17,973 nt of DNA from Gemmatimonadota bacterium (lineage in GTDB: Bacteria > Gemmatimonadota > Gemmatimonadetes > Palauibacterales > Palauibacteraceae): positions 1 through 17,973 of the forward strand of contig JBPCJZ010000043.1 in NCBI GenBank assembly GCA_051004775.1. Reading direction: 5' to 3'. Position 1 is the stretch's first letter. Every line of letters begins with the position of its first letter. Shown here piece after piece: positions 1 through 8,500 of this stretch. A program made the translations under genes and the position numbers. The notes under the pieces were generated by a model that saw only the letters and a program-made list of their open reading frames with translations, had not been told where the DNA came from and made no database searches.

Positions 1-66
1 GATCCCGGAAGTGATTCAGCCCGGCCAGGACGAAGAGAAGTCCGAGGCCGAAGAGGGCGAGCCGCC

Positions 67-1428
67 TCAAGTCCCCGGCTTCGTCTGCGACGTGGCGTGG
101 GACGTCGCCGACGGCGACTCGGTCGACCGGAGCGAATCCTCCCCCGCGGCCAGGCGGCCCGTGGCCCCTCGCAACGCGCCTTCGATGTCGATGCCGAGGC
201 TGGCGGAAAGCCCTTCGATCGTCCCCATCGCCCCCCGAACCCGCTGGTTCGCCGCATTGTTCACGCCGCCACCGTCGCCGCCGTCGAGCACCACGAGGCG
301 ATCGATATCGATGTCCTTCACGGCGTCGACCGAGATGCGCAGCAGTTCGGGCATCTTCTCGGCCAGGAAGACCGCGAACGCCTGCTCGCCGCCCGTGCTC
401 AACTTCTCGTACAGCATTTCGAGGACCTTCACGTTCGCCCGGCCGCGCTCGAGGATCGGCGCGGCCTCGGCCTCGGCGAGCGCCTGCGCCGCCTCCCGCT
501 GGGCCTCGGCGGGCGCGACGACATCGGCGCGCAGCCGTTCCTGCTCCCGTTCAACGCGGCGAGACTCGAGCGTCTTCTGCGCCTGGATCTCCGCTTCCTC
601 CGCCCGCACTTTCGCGATCTTCTCGGCCGTCAGCGCCTCCTGGTCGAGCTGCGCCTGGCGCACCCGCAGGAGGTTCTGCGCTTCCGCGATCTCGATGCCC
701 GCCTGGGCCTCTCGCACCTCCGCCCGCTGCCTCGCGTCGGCCTGGCGCTCACGGGTCGTGGAGTCCGCGTCGGCCTCCGCGATCTCCGCGTCCCGCACGG
801 CCTCCGCCGCCTTCTTCCGCCCGATGGCCTCGAGGTAGCCCCTCTCGTCGCTGACGTTCTGGATCTTGAGGACGTCGAGGTGGAAGCCGAGCGCCGCCAG
901 GTCGTCGCCGGCATCTTCGGCGAGCGCCTTCGCGAACCCGAGCCGGTCTTCGTTGACCTCCTCCGGCGTCAGGGTCGCCAGCACGCCGCGCAGGTTCCCC
1001 ATCAGCGTGTCGCGGGCGATCTCCTTGATCTGCTCGTGCGTCTTGTCGAGGAGGCGCTCAACAGCGTTGTTGAACACGCTCTCGGGCTCGGAGGCGATCT
1101 TCACGTTGGCGATCGCCTCGATCGTCAGGGGGATGTTCCCCTTCGAGAAGGCGTTGAGCACCGAGATCTCGATCGGAATCGACTCGAGAGAGACCCATTC
1201 CACTTCCTCGATGATCGGGATCCGCAGGGTGCGTCCGCCGATCACCGACCGGTAGCCGACCGAATCCCCGTCGGGAAGGACCCGTTTCCGGCCCGTGATC
1301 ACCGCGGCGGAGTTGGGCGGGACGATGATGATCAATCGGCTGATCGCCAGCAGGGCGACGACCAGGACCACCAGGATCACGCCCCCGGTCAGCAGGGCGC
1401 TCGACAGGATGCCGGGATCTAGGTCCAT
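67..1428 (-). CDS. Flotillin-like SPFH/band-7 domain membrane protein (YqiK/FloT type)
   Basis: ORF 67..1506 minus. An N-terminal TM helix (ILVVLVVALLAISRLIIIV) is followed by an SPFH core (VITGRKRVLPDGDSVGYRSVIGGRTLRIPIIEEVEWVSLESIPIEISVLNAFSKGNIPL). The C-terminal half is Ala/Glu-rich coiled-coil (EAEIQAQKTLESRRVEREQERLRAD), typical of the flotillin domain. Start chosen at the internal ATG (residue 27, MDLDPGILSS) at 1428, which sits 8 nt after an AGGAG site (mRNA AGGAGCCGAACG ATG). Confidence 0.85.
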   Translation of the reverse strand: MDLDPGILSSALLTGGVILVVLVVALLAISRLIIIVPPNSAAVITGRKRVLPDGDSVGYRSVIGGRTLRIPIIEEVEWVSLESIPIEISVLNAFSKGNIPLTIEAIANVKIASEPESVFNNAVERLLDKTHEQIKEIARDTLMGNLRGVLATLTPEEVNEDRLGFAKALAEDAGDDLAALGFHLDVLKIQNVSDERGYLEAIGRKKAAEAVRDAEIAEADADSTTRERQADARQRAEVREAQAGIEIAEAQNLLRVRQAQLDQEALTAEKIAKVRAEEAEIQAQKTLESRRVEREQERLRADVVAPAEAQREAAQALAEAEAAPILERGRANVKVLEMLYEKLSTGGEQAFAVFLAEKMPELLRISVDAVKDIDIDRLVVLDGGDGGGVNNAANQRVRGAMGTIEGLSASLGIDIEGALRGATGRLAAGEDSLRSTESPSATSHATSQTKPGT

Positions 1429-1462
1429 CGTTCGGCTCCTTCTTTCCGAGCGCCGGGCGCTC

Positions 1463-2062
1463 TCATGACAGCAGATTCTCGTCGGCGTGCCCGACGGGAC
1501 CGACATAGGCGATGCCGTCGCGCATCTCGACCACCACTACCTGCCTCCACGCCGCCGGGTCCGAGCCGGCACTGGCGTGCGGCAACGCCCGGATCGCGTG
1601 CTCGCGGTTCCCGCGGCGTACGACGACCTGCCCGGGCGCGGCGGCGCCGATCGGCAGCGTGACCCGACCGATCGCCCCGCGGAACGTGGCGTCCCCGGCG
1701 CGTGCGGGGGTATCCGACCGCTTCAGATACGCCAGAAAACTGCCCACCGCGAATCCGACGAGCAGGCCGGAGAGGACCGACAGCGCCATCGTCACGGGCG
1801 AGGTGGGATTCGCCCCGAGCGCGGTCAGCGCGGTTCCGACCGCGCCGAATCCGAACAACGTGAAGACCAGCGCGCGGAGCGAGAAAATCGCGGCGCTCGG
1901 CGCGCCCGCGTGCCCTGCATCAAGGCCGGCGTCGACATCGGCATCGAGTTCCAGGTCGAGGTCGAGGTCGGCGTCGGTTCCGACGTCGAGAAAATCCCCG
2001 AACGCGGACAGGAGGGCGATGCCGCCGCCCACGACGAGCGAGATTACGTAGACGGTCTCCAT
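1463..2062 (-). CDS. NfeD-like (YqiJ-type) membrane protein, partner of flotillin
   Basis: Lies immediately upstream of and co-oriented with the flotillin gene, the conserved yqiJ-yqiK arrangement. Hydrophobic N-terminus, an acidic DxD/LD low-complexity block (DFLDVGTDADLDLDLELDADVDAGLDAG) as in YqiJ, membrane helices, then a C-terminal OB-fold-like segment (GRVTLPIGAAAPGQVVVRRGNREHAIRAL...VVVVEMRDGIAYVGPV). No clear Shine-Dalgarno site. Confidence 0.7.
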   Translation of the reverse strand: METVYVISLVVGGGIALLSAFGDFLDVGTDADLDLDLELDADVDAGLDAGHAGAPSAAIFSLRALVFTLFGFGAVGTALTALGANPTSPVTMALSVLSGLLVGFAVGSFLAYLKRSDTPARAGDATFRGAIGRVTLPIGAAAPGQVVVRRGNREHAIRALPHASAGSDPAAWRQVVVVEMRDGIAYVGPVGHADENLLS

Positions 2063-2113
2063 CCGCAGAGGATGGGTTTCAAGCGTGCGGCGGGCAAGTT
2101 ACGAGGCGCGCCT

Positions 2114-2608
2114 TCAGCGCGCGGCCGGCTCTCCCTCTTCCGCCTCGATGCTTCGGCCGCGGACGGTAGCTCCGATCATGATCGCGGCTCCGATCAGCAC
2201 GAGGTTCTTGATGATGTACTGGCCCTCGAGGGTCGGCGCATGCGGAAAGGCGTTGAACGCCTCGGCCGGGAATAGCAGCAGGGGCATCATCGTTCCCGGC
2301 ATCTGGACGAACAGGAGGAGCAGTGTCGTACGCAGGAACCTGCGCGTCAGCAGCCCCAGCCCGATGAGCGACTCCCAGACCGCGAGGACGGGGATGCCGA
2401 CCGACGGCTCGACCAGGCCGAAGGTAACGCGTTCGATCGTGCGGCCGGCGAGGTCGGTGGCGGGACTCCAGCCGGGTCCCAGCTTGATGATCCCGAACCA
2501 CAGGAAGACGATCCCCAGCGCGACGCGGGTGATCGGGACGCCGTTCTTGGCCATCCATTTGGTGATCCGGATGTCGAGCGAATCCATCGGTTCGGGCAGG
2601 TGCTTCAT
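2114..2608 (-). CDS. DUF417/YkgB-like (DoxX-like) small integral membrane protein
   Basis: 164 aa with about 4 hydrophobic helices (RVALGIVFLWFGIIKL, VGIPVLAVWESLIGLGLL, TTLLLLFVQMPGTMMPLLLF, IIKNLVLIGAAIMIGA). From memory it resembles the DUF417 family. A GGGGAG site lies about 10 nt upstream of the ATG. High GC3 in frame. A GC hairpin (GCGCGCC/GGCGCGC) follows the stop. Confidence 0.55.
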   Translation of the reverse strand: MKHLPEPMDSLDIRITKWMAKNGVPITRVALGIVFLWFGIIKLGPGWSPATDLAGRTIERVTFGLVEPSVGIPVLAVWESLIGLGLLTRRFLRTTLLLLFVQMPGTMMPLLLFPAEAFNAFPHAPTLEGQYIIKNLVLIGAAIMIGATVRGRSIEAEEGEPAAR

Positions 2609-2657
2609 GGCATGCTCGCTCCCCTCGGGCTGGTTGGCCCGCGCAGAAGGGCCCGGC

Positions 2658-4457
2658 TCAGAAGGGCCAGATGAACGGCGCGAGGAGAACCGACACGGTG
2701 CCGATCGCGATGTTCATGGGAAGGCCGATGCGCAGGTAGTCGGTGAACCGGTACCCGCCGGGTCCGTAGACCATGAGGTTGGTCTGGTAGCCGATCGGCG
2801 TGGCGAAGCTGGCCGACGCCGCGATCATGATGATCGCCACGAACGGCCAGAAGCTGACTCCCAGGCCGGCGGCCGTCGCGGAGGCGATCGGAAAGACGAG
2901 CACCGCGGCCGCGTTGTTGGTGATCAATTCGGTGAACACGCTCGTCAACACGTATACGGCTGCCAGGGCGAGCCACGGCTGCGCGCCGAACAGGCCCATC
3001 CAGGAAGCGGCGACCGCGTCGGCCGCGCCGCTCGACTCCATCGCGCGCCCCATCCCGAGCGCCGCTCCGATGACGACGAGCACGGACCAGTCGACACTCG
3101 CCCGGGCGTCAGCGCCCGTGGTGCATCGGCTGGCGACCATCAGGCCGGCCGCGACCAGCGCTGCCTCGAGCATCGTGAGCAGACCGCTCGCCGCGAGCGC
3201 CACCATTCCGCCGAGGATCAGGGTCGCGACCCACACCTTGTCGTGCCGCGGCACGGCCGACCCGCGGACTTCGCTGACGAGAAGAAAATCCCGCGAGTTC
3301 CGATGCTGGGGCGCGAAGGAGGGCCGTGCCTCGAGGAGGAGGGTGTCGCCGACCCGGAGCACGATGTCGCCGACTTTCCCGGTGAGGCGCTGGCCGTCGC
3401 GCGCGACCGCGATCACGACCGCGTCATAGCGCGTGCGGAATCGGCCCGCGCGGATCGTGCGCCGGACGACCGGGCAACTCTGCGAGACGACGACCTCGAC
3501 GAGGCTCCGCTCCGGGCGCGGCACGGAGAGCTTGCCCACCTGGTCGGGCACCGGAACGAGGCCCCGCATCCGCATCAGGTCGGCCATCGAGTCGACCGCC
3601 CCGACGAACAGCAGGCGGTCGCCGGCCTGGAGCTCTTCCGTCGGAGCCACGGCGGGAAGGATCGTGTCGGCCCGCTCGATCTCGGCCAGGAAGGCACCGG
3701 GCAGATTCCGCAGCCCGGCCTTCTCCACGCTCCGGCCCACGAGTGGACTCCCGTCTTCCAGCAGCAGCTCCAGCGTGTACTCGCGGCTCGCGCCGGGCTC
3801 GCTGAACGGGGGGGTGCGGTCCGGCAGGAGCCAGCGGCCGGTCAGGATGACGAACGTCAGACCGATCAGTACGGCCGGCACCCCGAGGGCGCCGATCTCG
3901 AAGAAGCCCATCGAACCGAGGTCCGTCGTTTCCAGCACGAGACCGTTTACGATGAGGTTCGTGCTCGTCCCGATCAGCGTACACGTCCCACCGAGGATGG
4001 CGGCGTAGCTGAGGGGAATCATCAGCTTCGAAACCGGGATTCGGACCCGTCGCGCCCAGTCCTCCACGACCGGCACCATCATCGCCACGACGGGCGTATT
4101 GTTGAGGAACGCGCTCAGCGCCGCCACGGGCGCCATGAGACGGAACTGGGCCCCTCGGGTGCTGCTCGGAAACCCGAGGAGGCGCGCGCCCAGGGCATAG
4201 ACGGCGCCCGTCTGGACGAGACCCGACACGACCACGTAGAGCACCGCGACCGTAGCGAGTCCGGGGTTCGCGAGGCCCTCGAGCGCTTCGGGCGGCGTCA
4301 GGATCCCGGTCAGCATGAGGATCGTCAGGGAACCGACGAACACGAGGTCGGGGGGGATCCGCGTTGCGACCAGCACCGCCATGGTTCCAAACACGATACC
4401 CAGCGTCAGCCAGGCTTCACCTCCCAACGGAGGCCTCTGGAACCGGGGGGTCGGCAC
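2658..4457 (-). CDS. DASS/SLC13-family (CitT/ArsB-NhaD superfamily) anion permease with two internal TrkA-C regulatory domains
   Basis: 599 aa. N- and C-terminal multi-helix transporter halves (NTPVVAMMVPVV..., TNNAAAVLVFPIASATAAGLGVSFWPFVAIIMIAASASFATPIGYQTNLMVYGPGGYRFTDY) flank a soluble central region of two TrkA_C-like beta-rich repeats (~220-400). GTG start at 4457 without a Shine-Dalgarno site; an alternative ATG at 4382 (MAVLVATR) is possible. Confidence 0.85.
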   Translation of the reverse strand: MPTPRFQRPPLGGEAWLTLGIVFGTMAVLVATRIPPDLVFVGSLTILMLTGILTPPEALEGLANPGLATVAVLYVVVSGLVQTGAVYALGARLLGFPSSTRGAQFRLMAPVAALSAFLNNTPVVAMMVPVVEDWARRVRIPVSKLMIPLSYAAILGGTCTLIGTSTNLIVNGLVLETTDLGSMGFFEIGALGVPAVLIGLTFVILTGRWLLPDRTPPFSEPGASREYTLELLLEDGSPLVGRSVEKAGLRNLPGAFLAEIERADTILPAVAPTEELQAGDRLLFVGAVDSMADLMRMRGLVPVPDQVGKLSVPRPERSLVEVVVSQSCPVVRRTIRAGRFRTRYDAVVIAVARDGQRLTGKVGDIVLRVGDTLLLEARPSFAPQHRNSRDFLLVSEVRGSAVPRHDKVWVATLILGGMVALAASGLLTMLEAALVAAGLMVASRCTTGADARASVDWSVLVVIGAALGMGRAMESSGAADAVAASWMGLFGAQPWLALAAVYVLTSVFTELITNNAAAVLVFPIASATAAGLGVSFWPFVAIIMIAASASFATPIGYQTNLMVYGPGGYRFTDYLRIGLPMNIAIGTVSVLLAPFIWPF

Positions 4458-4605
4458 GGGTGCGGCTGGTCACTGCGACGAAGCCGATCGCGAGGATGAG
4501 CAGGAGGAGAAACAGAATTTTCTTCAAGCCGCCTCTCGAGCGATCGGGCCCGGTCTGGATCCGGGCGGACACGTGGGGTTCGTCGATCAGCACCAACATA
4601 AGCAT
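4417..4605 (-). CDS. Candidate small single-TM membrane peptide (63 aa), speculative
   Basis: Sub-ORF of track ORF 4417..4710 starting MLMLVLIDEPH...GGLKKILFLLLLILAIGFVAVTSRTR. It carries one strong TM helix preceded by KK, in a locally AT-richer stretch (gagaaacagaattttcttcaag) of the intergenic region upstream of the transporter. It overlaps the transporter start by ~40 nt in another frame. It may be chance or a frameshifted remnant. Confidence 0.2.
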   Translation of the reverse strand: MLMLVLIDEPHVSARIQTGPDRSRGGLKKILFLLLLILAIGFVAVTSRTRADPPVPEASVGR

Positions 4606-4609
4606 CGAC

Positions 4610-5272
4610 CTAGCGTTCCGCTCCGGCCCACGTCTGGATGTCGGCGCCCGTTCCGCCGATCGCGCGGCTGAGGCCGGGCCCATCGTAGGCCGCCACGAGC
4701 AGGCGCGCACGTGTCGGGCCGCGCTCGAGAATGACGATCCGCCGAGCGTTCGGCGGGTCCGCGACCGCGATGCCCGCGTCGACCGTGCCGAGCGGCACGA
4801 ACGCCCCGTACACGAGCGTCCGCCTGCCGTCGTCTTCCTCCACGTAGACGGCCCAGCGATGTCCGTCCTCCCACATGGGTTCGCCGTCGTCCGTCACGTA
4901 CACGTCCGACGCGAGGATCAGCCGCTCGGGCACCGCGTCGTCGTCGAGGTCCGCGACGAGGGTCGTTCGGTAGGCCCAGGCGCTCGCCGTATCGACCGAA
5001 GGCACGCGAACGGTATCGATGAGGCCGATGCCGGCTGGCGCGGCCGATGCCGGCTGGCGCGATCGCGGCGCCAATCCGTCAGGGTTGCCCGGCACATCCT
5101 CCGCGGCGGCCCGTTCGCCCGCCGTATCCGCGGCGACGGCGCGCTCACCGAGCGTGTCGGCGGCGGCAGCGGGCGACTCCGCCTGCGGAAGGCCCGGCAC
5201 GCCGAAGCGGATCCAGACGGCCGATGCCACGGCGACGAACACCAGGAGCAGGACGAAGCGGGTGCCGTTCAC
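4610..5272 (-). CDS. Hypothetical secreted/membrane-anchored protein, repeat-rich
   Basis: GTG start. N-terminal signal/anchor (MNGTRFVLLLVFVAVASAVWIRF), an internal imperfect 10-aa repeat (ADTLGERAVA/ADTAGERAAA), high GC3 in frame, and an in-frame stop 7 codons upstream of the start. No family recognised. Contains a perfect 19-bp tandem duplication and is abutted at its start by a 9-bp tandem repeat. Confidence 0.5.
   Translation of the reverse strand: MNGTRFVLLLVFVAVASAVWIRFGVPGLPQAESPAAAADTLGERAVAADTAGERAAAEDVPGNPDGLAPRSRQPASAAPAGIGLIDTVRVPSVDTASAWAYRTTLVADLDDDAVPERLILASDVYVTDDGEPMWEDGHRWAVYVEEDDGRRTLVYGAFVPLGTVDAGIAVADPPNARRIVILERGPTRARLLVAAYDGPGLSRAIGGTGADIQTWAGAER
5023..5060. repeat. 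Perfect 19-bp tandem duplication (GGCCGATGCCGGCTGGCGC x2) inside the CDS 4610..5272
   Basis: Read directly: gaGGCCGATGCCGGCTGGCGCGGCCGATGCCGGCTGGCGCgatcgc. The unit length is not a multiple of 3. On the minus strand it encodes ...RQPASAAPAGIGL.... Confidence 0.85.
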
Positions 5273-5285
5273 GCTGGCGATCCCA

Positions 5286-5348
5286 CGCGTTCACCGCGTT
5301 CACCGCGTTCACCGCGTTCACCGCGTCCACCGCGTTCACCGCATTCAC
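5286..5348. repeat. 9-bp tandem repeat CGCGTTCAC x7 (two 1-nt variants) starting 14 bp upstream of the start of gene 4610..5272
   Basis: Read directly: cgcgttcac cgcgttcac cgcgttcac cgcgttcac cgcgtccac cgcgttcac cgcattcac. On the minus strand this is (GTGAACGCG)n, and the gene start GTGAACGGC is a degenerate copy. In another frame it would encode NAV repeats (track ORF 5145..5348), but that frame hits a stop before joining the gene. Confidence 0.85.
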
Positions 5349-5549
5349 TGGCGTCCGCGCGGCACGATCGTCGCAGAGTGACGAATACTTTCGGAGTGCG
5401 ATTCATGACTCCATCGTACGGGCGTGCGCGGACCACCGCACGCAGACTGGCTATCCTCGATACGGGAACGGAATGAGCGGAGATCCCACGCAACAGTCGC
5501 CTTCCGATGCCTCGCCGACGTCGACGAGTGGACGGTGCTCGAGCTGGAG

Positions 5550-8500
5550 TTATGACCCGGTCGCAGCGGGGGAGCGGACGGCCTGTCGAAGGGCGGCCAC
5601 TTCGACCGGCTTGACAAGGAAGACGTCGAATCCCGCCGCCAGCGCGTCCTCTCGGTCGGTGTCTCGTCCATAGCCCGTCACCGCGACCAGCCGCATCTCG
5701 CGACCGGCCTCACTGGCACGAATCGCCCTCGCGACATCGAAGCCGCTCATCGCTCCGGGCAGCCCGATGTCGCACAGCACGACCTTCGGATTCCAGTCCC
5801 GCACTCGTTCCAGCGCGGCGTCGCCGGTCAAGGCGAGCCGGGTGTCGCACCCGAGTCGTTCCAACACGAGGGCGACGGTCACGGCCATGTCTTCGTTGTC
5901 TTCGACGAGAAGGACCCGCATCCGGCTGACGGAACCGGGGGAAACGTTCCCGTCAGCGTCGGCGACCGCGGGAGTCTCTAGCACGGGACTCTCCGCGTAG
6001 GCGGCGGTGCCCTTGTGTCCGACAACCCTGGCGGCGGCTGCCGGCGCCCCGGGCTCCTCCTCCCGAATCAGAGGGAGCCGGACAATGAACCGGGCGCCGC
6101 GACCGGGACCATCGCTCTCCGCCCGTACATCGCCCCCGTGTTCATCGATGATCGCCCGGGCGAGCGTCAGCCCGATGCCCAGGCCCTGCTGCGCGTCGCC
6201 GCCCCGCGGACCCTTGTGGAATGGCTCGAATACCTTGGCGAGCAGCGCCTTCGCCATCCCGATCCCGGTGTCGGCAATGGTGACGGTCGCAACGGCTCCC
6301 TCCCTCCCGACTGCCATTGAGACGCGGCCACCCCGCGGTGTGTACTTGCGTGCGTTACCGAGCAGGTTGGTGATTGCCTGCGCGAGCCGGTCCGGATCGG
6401 CGTCTACGACCAGCGACGCATCGGGGGACACGACGACCAGCTCGAGTCCCATCGACTCCAGCTCTGTACGGTGATCCTCCGCCAGCTGCGTCACGATCAG
6501 GACCAGGTCGACCTGACTCGTGCGCAGCGGCAGCTTGCCGCCCGTGACTCGCGAGATGTCGAGCATGTCGTTTACGAGGCGGGTGAGATGATCGACCTGC
6601 CGTTCCATGATCGCCAGCATCCGAGTTCGATACGCGGGGTCGGCGTCGCCTTCGCGCAGCAGTTCAAGCGCGTTCCGAATCGGGCCGAGCGGATTGCGGA
6701 TCTCGTGCCCGAGCATCGCGAGGAACCAGTCCTTGTGGCGGACCTCCTCGTCCCGCGCGTCCTCACGTTCCCGGGCCGCGGTCACGTCGGCCAGGTAGAG
6801 GATGATGCGATCGCGGCCGCCATCGTATTCGGAAATCCGACGGGCATGCACCAGGTAACGGCCCTGCTCACCGTCCGCCGTGTCGAGCGGTATCTCGAAC
6901 TGAATGCCATCTCCGGCGGTCCCGCGCCTCGACAGGCGGTGCAGCTCCGCGATCTCCCACGTCGGGCCGTCCAGCTCGGCCAGCTTCGTTCCCCGCGCTG
7001 TCGCCTCGTCGAATCCGAACCGCTCGAAGAACGACGGGCTTGCCGCCAGGAGCCGCAGTTCGTCGTCCGTGACGGCGATCGGCTCGGGCACGCTCTCTAC
7101 GATCCTCTCCGCGTACTCCTGCTGCAGCCGGAGCTGGCGCTCGACCCGCTTCAGGTCCGTGATGTCGGTGAACGTCAGCACCGCGCCCTCGACCGCGTCT
7201 TCGAGGGTGCGGTACGGGAAGATGCGGAGGGTAAACCACAGGTCCTCTTCGGCGACCTGCACTTCGGAGTTGTGCGGCTCCAGCGTCTCGAGCACCCGCT
7301 CGATGTCGGCGGCAAGGTCGCCGTCGACCGCGAATCGTGGGACGACCTCGTTGATCGGGCGGCCGGTGTCCGTGTCCCGCAGCCGGAACAGCTCCGTGGC
7401 CACCGGGGTGAAGCTCTTGATCTCGAGGCTCTTGTTCAGGAAGACCGTCGCGACTTCGGTGCTGCGGAACAGGTTCTCCAGGTCGGCATGCGCCCGGTTC
7501 AACTCGTCGATCTTCGACTCCACTTCGGCGTTGACCGTCTTCAGCTCCTCGTTGGCCGACTGCGTTTCCTCCTTGGTCGTCTGCAGCTCCTCGTTCATCG
7601 AGAGCAGCTCTTCATTGGACGACTGCAGTTCTTCGTTCAGTCCCTCGAGTTCCTCTATGCTGGCCTGCAGGCGGTGGCGGGTGTCGCGCAGTTCCTGCGC
7701 CATCTCGCGCACTTCGCGCGGATCCTCCGTCTCGTCGTCTTCTCCGTCGCCCGCCGCCCGCGGGACGCGACCGGCCGGCTGGGCCGGGCGAAAGATGACC
7801 AGCATCAGCCCGGCGCCATCATCCAGCTCGCGCGCCGGACGAACCACGACCTCGATGAACTCGTGTTCCGCGTCGGCAATGTCGACCGGACGCAGAGCGG
7901 TTCGGCGGACCTCGCGCCGCTCCGAGGCCGCCTGGCCGAGTGCCGTCCACAGCGCGGCCCGTAGGGCCGGTGGCGCCATCTCGAGCAGGTTCGATCCGCC
8001 GCGGGCCGCGGAGGGTTCCAGGTAGCGGCTGGTGCGCCCGAAGAACTGGAGGACATCGAGGTGTGCGTCAACGAGCACGCAGGCGGGCCCGTAGTCGTGC
8101 AGCACCGAACGCTCGATCAACCTTCGGACATCCGCCGCGTCCTGCCGCCGGCCCCGGAACGGCGTCCCGAGGTCCGAGCGCTTCCGCGCCGGCCACTCGT
8201 GGGTCAGGGCGAGCGGAGTGCCCGCCACCACATCGGTGCGCTGAAAAACGTGGCGCCGCGTGCCGACGGCCGTGAACATCTCTCCGTGAGACCCTAAGTT
8301 CTCGGCGGATCCGATCATGAGGTGCCCGCCGGGGCGCAGCGCGTACTGGAAGACCGACAGGGCCCGCTCCTGCGCCTCGGGCCGGAGGTAGATGAGCAGG
8401 TTGCGGCAGGTGATGAGGTCCTGGTGCGAGAACGGAGCGTCCTGCAGCAGGTTGTGCACCGCGAACACGCAGCGCTCGCGCAGACGCTTGGTGACCCGGT

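Noticed and set aside
11-1422. Two long plus-strand ORFs (11..838, 97..1422) overlapping the flotillin gene
   Set aside because: Ser/Ala/Arg-rich low-complexity translations. The minus-strand flotillin has a recognisable SPFH domain and a Shine-Dalgarno site.
2085-4499. 804-aa plus-strand ORF antisense to the DASS transporter
   Set aside because: Arg/Gly/Asp/His-rich low-complexity translation typical of an open antisense frame in GC-rich DNA. The opposite strand encodes a clearly recognisable transporter.
5145-5348. ORF encoding MNAVNAVDAVNAVNAVNAVNAW (NAV repeats) read through the 9-bp tandem array
   Set aside because: Its frame differs from that of the downstream gene, and it terminates at 5145 before the 19-bp duplication. 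It is better explained as a non-coding simple-sequence repeat than as a protein.
5286-5348. Possibility that the 9-bp array or the 12-bp array (17109..17192) is a CRISPR array
   Set aside because: The units are contiguous with no spacers, are only 9-12 bp long, and there are no cas genes. These are simple tandem repeats.
6471-7964. 497-aa plus-strand ORF (and 6904..8025) antisense to the hybrid kinase
   Set aside because: No motifs and a biased Arg/Leu/Val composition. The minus strand carries unambiguous CheB/CheR/HK/REC motifs.
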